DNA of 64,000 nucleotides, from positions 36,890,001 through 36,954,000 of the forward strand of contig OZ024758.1 in assembly GCA_964016885.1 (NCBI GenBank). The letters run 5' to 3'. Positions 37,661 through 51,500 of this stretch are shown one piece after another (positions within the stretch are counted from its first letter, which is position 1; the number at the start of each line of letters is the position of its first letter). Position numbers and translations under genes: made by a program. The notes under the pieces are model-generated. The model worked only from the letters and a program-made list of their open reading frames with translations, did no database searches and was not told the origin of the DNA. The DNA is from Eledone cirrhosa (lineage: Eukaryota).

Positions 37661-40600
37661 ATGGCATTAGTTTGTCAGAAGTAACTCCACTGTTGGTGAG
37701 AATTCATTTAAGTCATGGTATTCGTTGTCAGAAGTAACTCCAATGTTGGTGAGAATTCATTTAAGTTCATGGTACTAGCTGTCAGAAGTAACTCCACTGT
37801 TGGTGAGAATTCATTTAAGTTCATGGTATTAGCTGTCAGAAGTAACTCCACTGTTGGTGAGAATTCATTTAAGTCATGGTATTAGCTGTCAGAAGTAACT
37901 CCAATGTTGGTGAGAATTCATTTAAGTCATGGTACTAGCTGTCAGAAGTAACTCCAATGTTGGTGAGAATTCATTTAAGTTCATGGTATTAGCTGTCAGA
38001 AGTCACTCCAATGTTGGTGAGAATTCATTTAAGTTCATGGTATTAGCTGTCAGAAGTAACTCCACTGTTGGTGAGAATTCATTTAAGTTCATGGTATTAG
38101 CTGTCAGAAGTAACTCCACTGTTGGTGAGAATTCATTTAAGTTCATGGTATTAGCTGTCAGAAGAAACTCCACTGTTGGTGAGAATTCATTTAAGTTCAT
38201 GGTATTAGCTGTTAGATGGAACTCCAATGTTGGTGAGAATTCATTTAAGTCATGGTACTAGCTGTCAGAAGTAACTCCACTGTTGGTGAGAATTCATTTA
38301 AGTTCATGGTATTAGCTGTCAGAAGGAACGCCACTGTTGGTGAGAATTCATTTAAGTTCATGGTATTAGCTGTCAGAAGTAACTCCACTGTTGGTGAGAA
38401 TTCATTTAAGTTCATGGTACTAGCTGTCAGAAGTAACTCCACTGTTGGTGAGAATTCATTTAAGTTCATGGTATTAGTTGTCAGAAGTAACTCCACTGTT
38501 GGTGAGAATTCATTTAAGTCATGGTATTAGTTGTCAGAAGTAACTCCAATGTTGGTGAGAATTCATTTAAGTCATGGTACTAGCTGTCAGAAGTAACTCC
38601 AATGTTGGTGAGAATTCATTTAAGTTCATGGTATTAGCTGTCAGAAGGAACTCCACTGTTGGTGAGAATTCATTTAAGTTCATGGTATTAGCTGTCAGAA
38701 GTAACTCCACTGTTGGTGAGAATTCATTTAAGTTCATGGTACTAGCTGTCAGAAGTAACTCCACTGTTGGTGAGAATTCATTTAAGTCATGGTATTAGCT
38801 GTCAGAAGTAACTCCACTGTTGGTGAGAATTCATTTAGGTTCATGGTATTAGCTGACAGAAGTAACTCCACTGTTGGTGAGAATTCATTTAAGTTCATGG
38901 TACTAGCTGTCAGAAGTAACTCCACTGTTGGTGAGAATTCATTTAAGTTCATGGTATTAGTTTGTCAGAAGTAACTCCACTGTTGGTGAGAATTCATTTA
39001 AGTCATGGTATTAGTTGTCAGAGGTAACTCCAATGTTGGTGAGAATTCATTTAAGTTCATGGTACTAGCTGTCAGAAGTAACTCCACTGTTGGTGAGAAT
39101 TCATTTAAGTTCATGGTATTAGCTGTCAGAAGTAACTCCACTGTTGGTGAGAATTCATTTAAGTCATGGTATTAGCTGTCAGAAGTAACTCCAATGTTGG
39201 TCAGAATTCATTTAAGTCATGGTACTAGCTGTCAGAAGTAACTCCAATGTTGGTGAGAATTCAGTTAAGTTCATGGTATTAGCTGTCAGAAGGAACTCCA
39301 CTGTTGGTGAGAATTCATTTAAGTTCATGGTATTAGCTGTCAGAAGTAACTCCACTGTTGGTGAGAATTCATTTAAGTTCATGGTACTAGCTGTCAGAAG
39401 TAACTCCACTGTTGGTGAGAATTCATTTAAGTTCATGGTACTAGCTGTCAGAAGTAACTCCACTGTTGGTGAGAATTCATTTAAGTTCATGGTATTAGCT
39501 GTCAGAAGTAACTCCACTGTTGGTGAGAATTCATTTAAGTTTATGGTACTAGTTGTCAGAAGTAACTCCACTGTTGGTGAGAATTCATTTAAGTTCATGG
39601 TATTAGTTGTCAGAAGTAACTCCACTGTTGGTGAGAATTCATTTAAGTCATGGTATTAGTTGTCAGAAGTAACTCCAATGTTGGTGAGAATTCATTTAAG
39701 TTCATGGTATTAGCTGTCAGAAGTCACTCCAATGTTGGTGAGAATTCATTTAAGTTCATGGTATTAGCTGTCAGAAGTAACTCCACTGTTGGTGAGAATT
39801 CATTTAAGTTCATGGTATTAGCTGTCAGAAGTAACTCCACTGTTGGTGAGAATTCATTTAAGTTCATGGTATTAGCTGTCAGAAGAAACTCCACTGTTGG
39901 TGAGAATTCATTTAAGTTCATGGTATTAGCTGTTAGATGGAACTCCAATGTTGGTGAGAATTCATTTAAGTCATGGTACTAGCTGTCAGAAGTAACTCCA
40001 CTGTTGGTGAGAATTCATTTAAGTTCATGGTATTAGCTGTCAGAAGGAACGCCACTGTTGGTGAGAATTCATTTAAGTTCATGGTATTAGCTGTCAGAAG
40101 TAACTCCACTGTTGGTGAGAATTCATTTAAGTTCATGGTACTAGTTGTCAGAAGTAACTCCACTGTTGGTGAGAATTCATTTAAGTTCATGGTATTAGTT
40201 GTCAGAAGTAACTCCACTGTTGGTGAGAATTCATTTAAGTCATGGTATTAGTTGTCAGAAGTAACTCCAATGTTGGTGAGAATTCATTTAAGTCATGGTA
40301 CTAGCTGTCAGAAGTAACTCCAATGTTGGTGAGAATTCATTTAAGTTCATGGTATTAGCTGTCAGAAGGAACTCCACTGTTGGTGAGAATTCATTTAAGT
40401 TCATGGTATTAGCTGTCAGAAGTAACTCCACTGTTGGTGAGAATTCATTTAAGTTCATGGTACTAGCTGTCAGAAGTAACTCCACTGTTGGTGAGAATTC
40501 ATTTAAGTTCATGGTATTAGCTGTCAGAAGTAACTCCACTGTTGGTGAGAATTCATTTAAGTCATGGTATTAGCTGTCAGAAGTAACTCCATTGTTGGTG

Positions 40601-42575
40601 AGAATTCATTTAAGTCATGGTACTAGCTGTCAGAAGTAACTCCACTGTTGGTGAGAATTCATTTAAGTTCATGGTATTAGCTGTCAGAAGGATCTCCACT
40701 GTTGGTGAGAATTCATGTAACTTCATGGTACTAGCTGTCAGAAGTAACTCTACTGTTGGTGAGAATTCATTTAAGTTCATGGTATTAGTTTGTCAGAAGT
40801 AACTCCACTGTTGGTGAGAATTCATTTAAGTCATGGTATTAGTTGTCAGAAGTAACTCCAATGTTGGTGAGAATTCATTTAAGTCATGGTACTAGCTGTC
40901 AGAAGTAACTCCAATGTTGGTGAGAATTCATTTAAGTTCATCGTATTAGCTGTCAGAAGGAACTCCACTGTTGGTGAGAATTCATTTAAGTTCATGGTAC
41001 TAGCTGTCAGAAGTCACTCCACTGTTGGTGAGAATTCATTTAAGTTCATGGCATTAGTTTGTCAGAGGTAACTCCACTGTTGGTGAGAATTCATTTAAGT
41101 CATGGTATTAGTTGTCAGAAGTAACTCCAATGTTGGTGAGAATTCATTTAAGTTCATGGTACTAGCTGTCAGAAGTAACTCCACTGTTGGTGAGAATTCA
41201 TTTAAGTTCATGGTATTAGCTGTCAGAAGTAACTCCACTGTTGGTGAGAATTCATTTAAGTCATGGTATTAGCTGTCAGAAGTAACTCCAATGTTGGTGA
41301 GAATTCATTTAAGTCATGGTACTAGCTGTCAGAAGTAACTCCAATGTTGGTGAGAATTCATTTAAGTTCATGGTATTAGCTGTCAGAAGTCACTCCAATG
41401 TTGGTGAGAATTCATTTAAGTTCATGGTATTAGCTGTCAGAAGTAACTCCACTGTTGGTGAGAATTCATTTAAGTTCATGGTATTAGCTGTCAGAAGTAA
41501 CTCCACTGATGGTGAGAATTCATTTAAGTTCATGGTATTAGCTGTCAGAAGAAACTCCACTGTTGGTGAGAATTCATTTAAGTTCATGGTATTAGCTGTT
41601 AGATGGAACTCCAATGTTGGTGAGAATTCATTTAAGTCATGGTACTAGCTGTCAGAAGTAACTCCACTGTTGGTGAGAATTCATTTAAGTTCATGGTATT
41701 AGCTGTCAGAAGGAACGCCACTGTTGGTGAGAATTCATTTAAGTTCATGGTATTAGCTGTCAGAAGTAACTCCACTGTTGGTGAGAATTCATTTAAGTTC
41801 ATGGTACTAGTTGTCAGAAGTAACTCCACTGTTGGTGAGAATTCATTTAAGTTCATGGTATTAGTTGTCAGAAGTAACTCCACTGTTGGTGAGAATTCAT
41901 TTAAGTCATGGTATTAGTTGTCAGAAGTAACTCCAATGTTGGTGAGAATTCATTTAAGTCATGGTACTAGCTGTCAGAAGTAACTCCAATGTTGGTGAGA
42001 ATTCATTTAAGTTCATGGTATTAGCTGTCAGAAGGAACTCCACTGTTGGTGAGAATTCATTTAAGTTCATGGTATTAGCTGTCAGAAGTAACTCCACTTT
42101 TGGTGAGAATTCATTTAAGTTCATGGTACTAGCTGTCAGAAGTAACTCCACTGTTGGTGAGAATTCATTTAAGTCATGGTATTAGCTGTCAGAAGTAACT
42201 CCACTGTTGGTGAGAATTCATTTAGGTTCATGGTATTAGCTGACAGAAGTAACTCCACTGTTGGTGAGAATTCATTTAAGTTCATGGTACTAGCTGTCAG
42301 AAGTAACTCCACTGTTGGTGAGAATTCATTTAAGTTCATGGTATTAGTTTGTCAGAAGTAACTCCACTGTTGGTGAGAATTCATTTAAGTCATGGTATTA
42401 GTTGTCAGAGGTAACTCCAATGTTGGTGAGAATTCATTTAAGTTCATGGTACTAGCTGTCAGAAGTAACTCCACTGTTGGTGAGAATTCATTTAAGTTCA
42501 TGGTATTAGCTGTCAGAAGTAACTCCACTGTTGGTGAGAATTCATTTAAGTCATGGTATTAGCTGTCAGAAGTAA
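35240..42575. repeat. Copy of about 7.3 kb of ~16300-23630 (offset 18944 bp)
   Basis: Twenty consecutive plus-strand ORFs match at a constant offset of 18944, from 16454/35398 to 23232/42176, with only isolated single-base differences. Confidence 0.92.
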
Positions 42576-45500
42576 CTCCACTGTTGGTGAGAATTCATTT
42601 AAGTTCATGGTATTAGCTGTCAGAAGAAACTCCACTGTTGGTGAGAATTCATTTACGTTCATGGTATTAGCTGTTAGATGGAACTCCAATGTTGGTGAGA
42701 ATTCATTTAAGTCATGGTACTAGCTGTCAGAAGTAACTCCACTGTTGGTGAGAATTCATTTAAGTTCATGGTATTAGCTGTCAGAAGGAACGCCACTGTT
42801 GGTGAGAATTCATTTAAGTTCATGGTATTAGCTGTCAGAAGTAACTCCACTGTTGGTGAGAATTCATTTAAGTTCATGGTACTAGTTGTCAGAAGTAACT
42901 CCACTGTTGGTGAGAATTCATTTAAGTTCATGGTATTAGTTGTCAGAAGTAACTCCACTGTTGGTGAGAATTCATTTAAGTCATGGTATTAGTTGTCAGA
43001 AGTAACTCCAATGTTGGTGAGAATTCATTTAAGTCATGGTACTAGCTGTCAGAAGTAACTCCAATGTTGGTGAGAATTCATTTAAGTTCATGGTATTAGC
43101 TGTCAGAAGGAACTCCACTGTTGGTGAGAATTCATTTAAGTTCATGGTATTAGCTGTCAGAAGTAACTCCACTGTTGGTGAGAATTCATTTAAGTTCATG
43201 GTATTAGCTGTCAGAAGGATCTCCACTGTTGGTGAGAATTCATTTAACTTCATGGTACTAGCTGTCAGAAGTAACTCTACTGTTGGTGAGAATTCATTTA
43301 AGTTCATGGTATTAGTTTGTCAGAAGTAACTCCACTGTTGGTGAGAATTCATTTAAGTCATGGTATTAGTTGTCAGAAGTAACTCCAATGTTGGTGAGAA
43401 TTCATTTAAGTCATGGTACTAGCTGTCAGAAGTAACTCCAATGTTGGTGAGAATTCATTTAAGTTCATGGTATTAGCTGTCAGAAGGAACTCCACTGTTG
43501 GTGAGAATTCATTTAAGTTCATGGTATTAGCTGTCAGAAGTAACTCCACTGTTGGTGAGAATTCATTTAAGTTCATGGTACTAGCTGTCAGAAGTAACTC
43601 CACTGTTGGTGAGAATTCATTTAAGTCATGGTATTAGCTGTCAGAAGTAACTCCACTGTTGGTGAGAATTCATTTAGGTTCATGGTATTAGCTGACAGAA
43701 GTAACTCCACTGTTGGTGAGAATTCATTTAAGTTCATGGTACTAGCTGTCAGAAGTAACTCCACTGTTGGTGAGAATTCATTTAAGTTCATGGTATTAGT
43801 TTGTCAGAAGTAACTCCACTGTTGGTGAGAATTCATTTAAGTCATGGTATTAGTTGTCAGAGGTAACTCCAATGTTGGTGAGAATTCATTTAAGTTCATG
43901 GTACTAGCTGTCAGAAGTAACTCCACTGTTGGTGAGAATTCATTTAAGTTCATGGTATTAGCTGTCAGAAGTAACTCCACTGTTGGTGAGAATTCATTTA
44001 AGTCATGGTATTAGCTGTCAGAAGTAACTCCAATGTTGGTCAGAATTCATTTAAGTCATGGTACTAGCTGTCAGAAGTAACTCCAATGTTGGTGAGAATT
44101 CAGTTAAGTTCATGGTATTAGCTGTCAGAAGGAACTCCACTGTTGGTGAGAATTCATTTAAGTTCATGGTATTAGCTGTCAGAAGTAACTCCACTGTTGG
44201 TGAGAATTCATTTAAGTTCATGGTACTAGCTGTCAGAAGTAACTCCACTGTTGGTGAGAATTCATTTAAGTTCATGGTACTAGCTGTCAGAAGTAACTCC
44301 ACTGTTGGTGAGAATTCATTTAAGTTCATGGTATTAGCTGTCAGAAGTAACTCCACTGTTGGTGAGAATTCATTTAAGTTTATGGTACTAGTTGTCAGAA
44401 GTAACTCCACTGTTGGTGAGAATTCATTTAAGTTCATGGTATTAGTTGTCAGAAGTAACTCCACTGTTGGTGAGAATTCATTTAAGTCATGGTATTAGTT
44501 GTCAGAAGTAACTCCAATGTTGGTGAGAATTCATTTAAGTTCATGGTATTAGCTGTCAGAAGTCACTCCAATGTTGGTGAGAATTCATTTAAGTTCATGG
44601 TATTAGCTGTCAGAAGTAACTCCACTGTTGGTGAGAATTCATTTAAGTTCATGGTATTAGCTGTCAGAAGTAACTCCACTGTTGGTGAGAATTCATTTAA
44701 GTTCATGGTATTAGCTGTCAGAAGAAACTCCACTGTTGGTGAGAATTCATTTAAGTTCATGGTATTAGCTGTTAGATGGAACTCCAATGTTGGTGAGAAT
44801 TCATTTAAGTCATGGTACTAGCTGTCAGAAGTAACTCCACTGTTGGTGAGAATTCATTTAAGTTCATGGTATTAGCTGTCAGAAGGAACGCCACTGTTGG
44901 TGAGAATTCATTTAAGTTCATGGTATTAGCTGTCAGAAGTAACTCCACTGTTGGTGAGAATTCATTTAAGTTCATGGTACTAGTTGTCAGAAGTAACTCC
45001 ACTGTTGGTGAGAATTCATTTAAGTTCATGGTATTAGTTGTCAGAAGTAACTCCACTGTTGGTGAGAATTCATTTAAGTCATGGTATTAGTTGTCAGAAG
45101 TAACTCCAATGTTGGTGAGAATTCATTTAAGTCATGGTACTAGCTGTCAGAAGTAACTCCAATGTTGGTGAGAATTCATTTAAGTTCATGGTATTAGCTG
45201 TCAGAAGGAACTCCACTGTTGGTGAGAATTCATTTAAGTTCATGGTATTAGCTGTCAGAAGTAACTCCACTGTTGGTGAGAATTCATTTAAGTTCATGGT
45301 ACTAGCTGTCAGAAGTAACTCCACTGTTGGTGAGAATTCATTTAAGTTCATGGTATTAGCTGTCAGAAGTAACTCCACTGTTGGTGAGAATTCATTTAAG
45401 TCATGGTATTAGCTGTCAGAAGTAACTCCATTGTTGGTGAGAATTCATTTAAGTCATGGTACTAGCTGTCAGAAGTAACTCCACTGTTGGTGAGAATTCA

Positions 45501-48500
45501 TTTAAGTTCATGGTATTAGCTGTCAGAAGGATCTCCACTGTTGGTGAGAATTCATGTAACTTCATGGTACTAGCTGTCAGAAGTAACTCTACTGTTGGTG
45601 AGAATTCATTTAAGTTCATGGTATTAGTTTGTCAGAAGTAACTCCACTGTTGGTGAGAATTCATTTAAGTCATGGTATTAGTTGTCAGAAGTAACTCCAA
45701 TGTTGGTGAGAATTCATTTAAGTCATGGTACTAGCTGTCAGAAGTAACTCCAATGTTGGTGAGAATTCATTTAAGTTCATCGTATTAGCTGTCAGAAGGA
45801 ACTCCACTGTTGGTGAGAATTCATTTAAGTTCATGGTACTAGCTGTCAGAAGTCACTCCACTGTTGGTGAGAATTCATTTAAGTTCATGGCATTAGTTTG
45901 TCAGAAGTAACTCCACTGTTGGTGAGAATTCATTTAAGTCATGGTATTAGTTGTCAGAAGTAACTCCAATGTTGGTGAGAATTCATTTAAGTTCATGGTA
46001 CTAGCTGTCAGAAGTAACTCCACTGTTGGTGAGAATTCATTTAAGTTCATGGTATTAGCTGTCAGAAGTAACTCCACTGTTGGTGAGAATTCATTTAAGT
46101 CATGGTATTAGCTGTCAGAAGTAACTCCAATGTTGGTGAGAATTCATTTAAGTCATGGTACTAGCTGTCAGAAGTAACTCCAATGTTGGTGAGAATTCAT
46201 TTAAGTTCATGGTATTAGCTGTCAGAAGTCACTCCAATGTTGGTGAGAATTCATTTAAGTTCATGGTATTAGCTGTCAGAAGTAACTCCACTGTTGGTGA
46301 GAATTCATTTAAGTTCATGGTATTAGCTGTCAGAAGTAACTCCACTGATGGTGAGAATTCATTTAAGTTCATGGTATTAGCTGTCAGAAGAAACTCCACT
46401 GTTGGTGAGAATTCATTTAAGTTCATGGTATTAGCTGTTAGATGGAACTCCAATGTTGGTGAGAATTCATTTAAGTCATGGTACTAGCTGTCAGAAGTAA
46501 CTCCACTGTTGGTGAGAATTCATTTAAGTTCATGGTATTAGCTGTCAGAAGGAACGCCACTGTTGGTGAGAATTCATTTAAGTTCATGGTATTAGCTGTC
46601 AGAAGTAACTCCACTGTTGGTGAGAATTCATTTAAGTTCATGGTATTAGCTGTCAGAAGAAACTCCACTGTTGGTGAGAATTCATTTACGTTCATGGTAT
46701 TAGCTGTTAGATGGAACTCCAATGTTGGTGAGAATTCATTTAAGTCATGGTACTAGCTGTCAGAAGTAACTCCACTGTTGGTGAGAATTCATTTAAGTTC
46801 ATGGTATTAGCTGTCAGAAGGAACGCCACTGTTGGTGAGAATTCATTTAAGTTCATGGTATTAGCTGTCAGAAGTAACTCCACTGTTGGTGAGAATTCAT
46901 TTAAGTTCATGGTACTAGTTGTCAGAAGTAACTCCACTGTTGGTGAGAATTCATTTAAGTTCATGGTATTAGTTGTCAGAAGTAACTCCACTGTTGGTGA
47001 GAATTCATTTAAGTCATGGTATTAGTTGTCAGAAGTAACTCCAATGTTGGTGAGAATTCATTTAAGTCATGGTACTAGCTGTCAGAAGTAACTCCAATGT
47101 TGGTGAGAATTCATTTAAGTTCATGGTATTAGCTGTCAGAAGGAACTCCACTGTTGGTGAGAATTCATTTAAGTTCATGGTATTAGCTGTCAGAAGTAAC
47201 TCCACTGTTGGTGAGAATTCATTTAAGTTCATGGTATTAGCTGTCAGAAGGATCTCCACTGTTGGTGAGAATTCATTTAACTTCATGGTACTAGCTGTCA
47301 GAAGTAACTCTACTGTTGGTGAGAATTCATTTAAGTTCATGGTATTAGTTTGTCAGAAGTAACTCCACTGTTGGTGAGAATTCATTTAAGTCATGGTATT
47401 AGTTGTCAGAAGTAACTCCAATGTTGGTGAGAATTCATTTAAGTCATGGTACTAGCTGTCAGAAGTAACTCCAATGTTGGTGAGAATTCATTTAAGTTCA
47501 TGGTATTAGCTGTCAGAAGGAACTCCACTGTTGGTGAGAATTCATTTAAGTTCATGGTATTAGCTGTCAGAAGTAACTCCACTGTTGGTGAGAATTCATT
47601 TAAGTTCATGGTACTAGCTGTCAGAAGTAACTCCACTGTTGGTGAGAATTCATTTAAGTCATGGTATTAGCTGTCAGAAGTAACTCCACTGTTGGTGAGA
47701 ATTCATTTAGGTTCATGGTATTAGCTGACAGAAGTAACTCCACTGTTGGTGAGAATTCATTTAAGTTCATGGTACTAGCTGTCAGAAGTAACTCCACTGT
47801 TGGTGAGAATTCATTTAAGTTCATGGTATTAGTTTGTCAGAAGTAACTCCACTGTTGGTGAGAATTCATTTAAGTCATGGTATTAGTTGTCAGAGGTAAC
47901 TCCAATGTTGGTGAGAATTCATTTAAGTTCATGGTACTAGCTGTCAGAAGTAACTCCACTGTTGGTGAGAATTCATTTAAGTTCATGGTATTAGCTGTCA
48001 GAAGTAACTCCACTGTTGGTGAGAATTCATTTAAGTCATGGTATTAGCTGTCAGAAGTAACTCCAATGTTGGTCAGAATTCATTTAAGTCATGGTACTAG
48101 CTGTCAGAAGTAACTCCAATGTTGGTGAGAATTCAGTTAAGTTCATGGTATTAGCTGTCAGAAGGAACTCCACTGTTGGTGAGAATTCATTTAAGTTCAT
48201 GGTATTAGCTGTCAGAAGTAACTCCACTGTTGGTGAGAATTCATTTAAGTTCATGGTACTAGCTGTCAGAAGTAACTCCACTGTTGGTGAGAATTCATTT
48301 AAGTTCATGGTACTAGCTGTCAGAAGTAACTCCACTGTTGGTGAGAATTCATTTAAGTTCATGGTATTAGCTGTCAGAAGTAACTCCACTGTTGGTGAGA
48401 ATTCATTTAAGTTTATGGTACTAGTTGTCAGAAGTAACTCCACTGTTGGTGAGAATTCATTTAAGTTCATGGTATTAGTTGTCAGAAGTAACTCCACTGT

Positions 48501-51500
48501 TGGTGAGAATTTATTTAAGTCATGGTATTAGTTGTCAGAAGTAACTCCAATGTTGGTGAGAATTCATTTAAGTTCATGGTATTAGCTGTCAGAAGTCACT
48601 CCAATGTTGGTGAGAATTCATTTAAGTTCATGGTATTAGCTGTCAGAAGTAACTCCACTGTTGGTGAGAATTCATTTAAGTTCATGGTATTAGCTGTCAG
48701 AAGTAACTCCACTGTTGGTGAGAATTCATTTAAGTTCATGGTATTAGCTGTCAGAAGAAACTCCACTGTTGGTGAGAATTCATTTAAGTTCATGGTATTA
48801 GCTGTTAGATGGAACTCCAATGTTGGTGAGAATTCATTTAAGTCATGGTACTAGCTGTCAGAAGTAACTCCACTGTTGGTGAGAATTCATTTAAGTTCAT
48901 GGTATTAGCTGTCAGAAGGAACGCCACTGTTGGTGAGAATTCATTTAAGTTCATGGTATTAGCTGTCAGAAGTAACTCCACTGTTGGTGAGAATTCATTT
49001 AAGTTCATGGTACTAGTTGTCAGAAGTAACTCCACTGTTGGTGAGAATTCATTTAAGTTCATGGTATTAGTTGTCAGAAGTAACTCCACTGTTGGTGAGA
49101 ATTCATTTAAGTCATGGTATTAGTTGTCAGAAGTAACTCCAATGTTGGTGAGAATTCATTTAAGTCATGGTACTAGCTGTCAGAAGTAACTCCAATGTTG
49201 GTGAGAATTCATTTAAGTTCATGGTATTAGCTGTCAGAAGGAACTCCACTGTTGGTGAGAATTCATTTAAGTTCATGGTATTAGCTGTCAGAAGTAACTC
49301 CACTGTTGGTGAGAATTCATTTAAGTTCATGGTACTAGCTGTCAGAAGTAACTCCACTGTTGGTGAGAATTCATTTAAGTTCATGGTATTAGCTGTCAGA
49401 AGTAACTCCACTGTTGGTGAGAATTCATTTAAGTCATGGTATTAGCTGTCAGAAGTAACTCCATTGTTGGTGAGAATTCATTTAAGTCATGGTACTAGCT
49501 GTCAGAAGTAACTCCACTGTTGGTGAGAATTCATTTAAGTTCATGGTATTAGCTGTCAGAAGGATCTCCACTGTTGGTGAGAATTCATGTAACTTCATGG
49601 TACTAGCTGTCAGAAGTAACTCTACTGTTGGTGAGAATTCATTTAAGTTCATGGTATTAGTTTGTCAGAAGTAACTCCACTGTTGGTGAGAATTCATTTA
49701 AGTCATGGTATTAGTTGTCAGAAGTAACTCCAATGTTGGTGAGAATTCATTTAAGTCATGGTACTAGCTGTCAGAAGTAACTCCAATGTTGGTGAGAATT
49801 CATTTAAGTTCATCGTATTAGCTGTCAGAAGGAACTCCACTGTTGGTGAGAATTCATTTAAGTTCATGGTACTAGCTGTCAGAAGTCACTCCACTGTTGG
49901 TGAGAATTCATTTAAGTTCATGGCATTAGTTTGTCAGAAGTAACTCCACTGTTGGTGAGAATTCATTTAAGTCATGGTATTAGTTGTCAGAAGTAACTCC
50001 AATGTTGGTGAGAATTCATTTAAGTTCATGGTACTAGCTGTCAGAAGTAACTCCACTGTTGGTGAGAATTCATTTAAGTTCATGGTATTAGCTGTCAGAA
50101 GTAACTCCACTGTTGGTGAGAATTCATTTAAGTCATGGTATTAGCTGTCAGAAGTAACTCCAATGTTGGTGAGAATTCATTTAAGTCATGGTACTAGCTG
50201 TCAGAAGTAACTCCAATGTTGGTGAGAATTCATTTAAGTTCATGGTATTAGCTGTCAGAAGTCACTCCAATGTTGGTGAGAATTCATTTAAGTTCATGGT
50301 ATTAGCTGTCAGAAGTAACTCCACTGTTGGTGAGAATTCATTTAAGTTCATGGTATTAGCTGTCAGAAGTAACTCCACTGATGGTGAGAATTCATTTAAG
50401 TTCATGGTATTAGCTGTCAGAAGAAACTCCACTGTTGGTGAGAATTCATTTAAGTTCATGGTATTAGCTGTTAGATGGAACTCCAATGTTGGTGAGAATT
50501 CATTTAAGTCATGGTACTAGCTGTCAGAAGTAACTCCACTGTTGGTGAGAATTCATTTAAGTTCATGGTATTAGCTGTCAGAAGGAACGCCACTGTTGGT
50601 GAGAATTCATTTAAGTTCATGGTATTAGCTGTCAGAAGTAACTCCACTGTTGGTGAGAATTCATTTAAGTTCATGGTACTAGTTGTCAGAAGTAACTCCA
50701 CTGTTGGTGAGAATTCATTTAAGTTCATGGTATTAGTTGTCAGAAGTAACTCCACTGTTGGTGAGAATTCATTTAAGTCATGGTATTAGTTGTCAGAAGT
50801 AACTCCAATGTTGGTGAGAATTCATTTAAGTCATGGTACTAGCTGTCAGAAGTAACTCCAATGTTGGTGAGAATTCATTTAAGTTCATGGTATTAGCTGT
50901 CAGAAGGAACTCCACTGTTGGTGAGAATTCATTTAAGTTCATGGTATTAGCTGTCAGAAGTAACTCCACTTTTGGTGAGAATTCATTTAAGTTCATGGTA
51001 CTAGCTGTCAGAAGTAACTCCACTGTTGGTGAGAATTCATTTAAGTCATGGTATTAGCTGTCAGAAGTAACTCCACTGTTGGTGAGAATTCATTTAGGTT
51101 CATGGTATTAGCTGACAGAAGTAACTCCACTGTTGGTGAGAATTCATTTAAGTTCATGGTACTAGCTGTCAGAAGTAACTCCACTGTTGGTGAGAATTCA
51201 TTTAAGTTCATGGTATTAGTTTGTCAGAAGTAACTCCACTGTTGGTGAGAATTCATTTAAGTCATGGTATTAGTTGTCAGAGGTAACTCCAATGTTGGTG
51301 AGAATTCATTTAAGTTCATGGTACTAGCTGTCAGAAGTAACTCCACTGTTGGTGAGAATTCATTTAAGTTCATGGTATTAGCTGTCAGAAGTAACTCCAC
51401 TGTTGGTGAGAATTCATTTAAGTCATGGTATTAGCTGTCAGAAGTAACTCCACTGTTGGTGAGAATTCATTTAAGTTCATGGTATTAGCTGTCAGAAGAA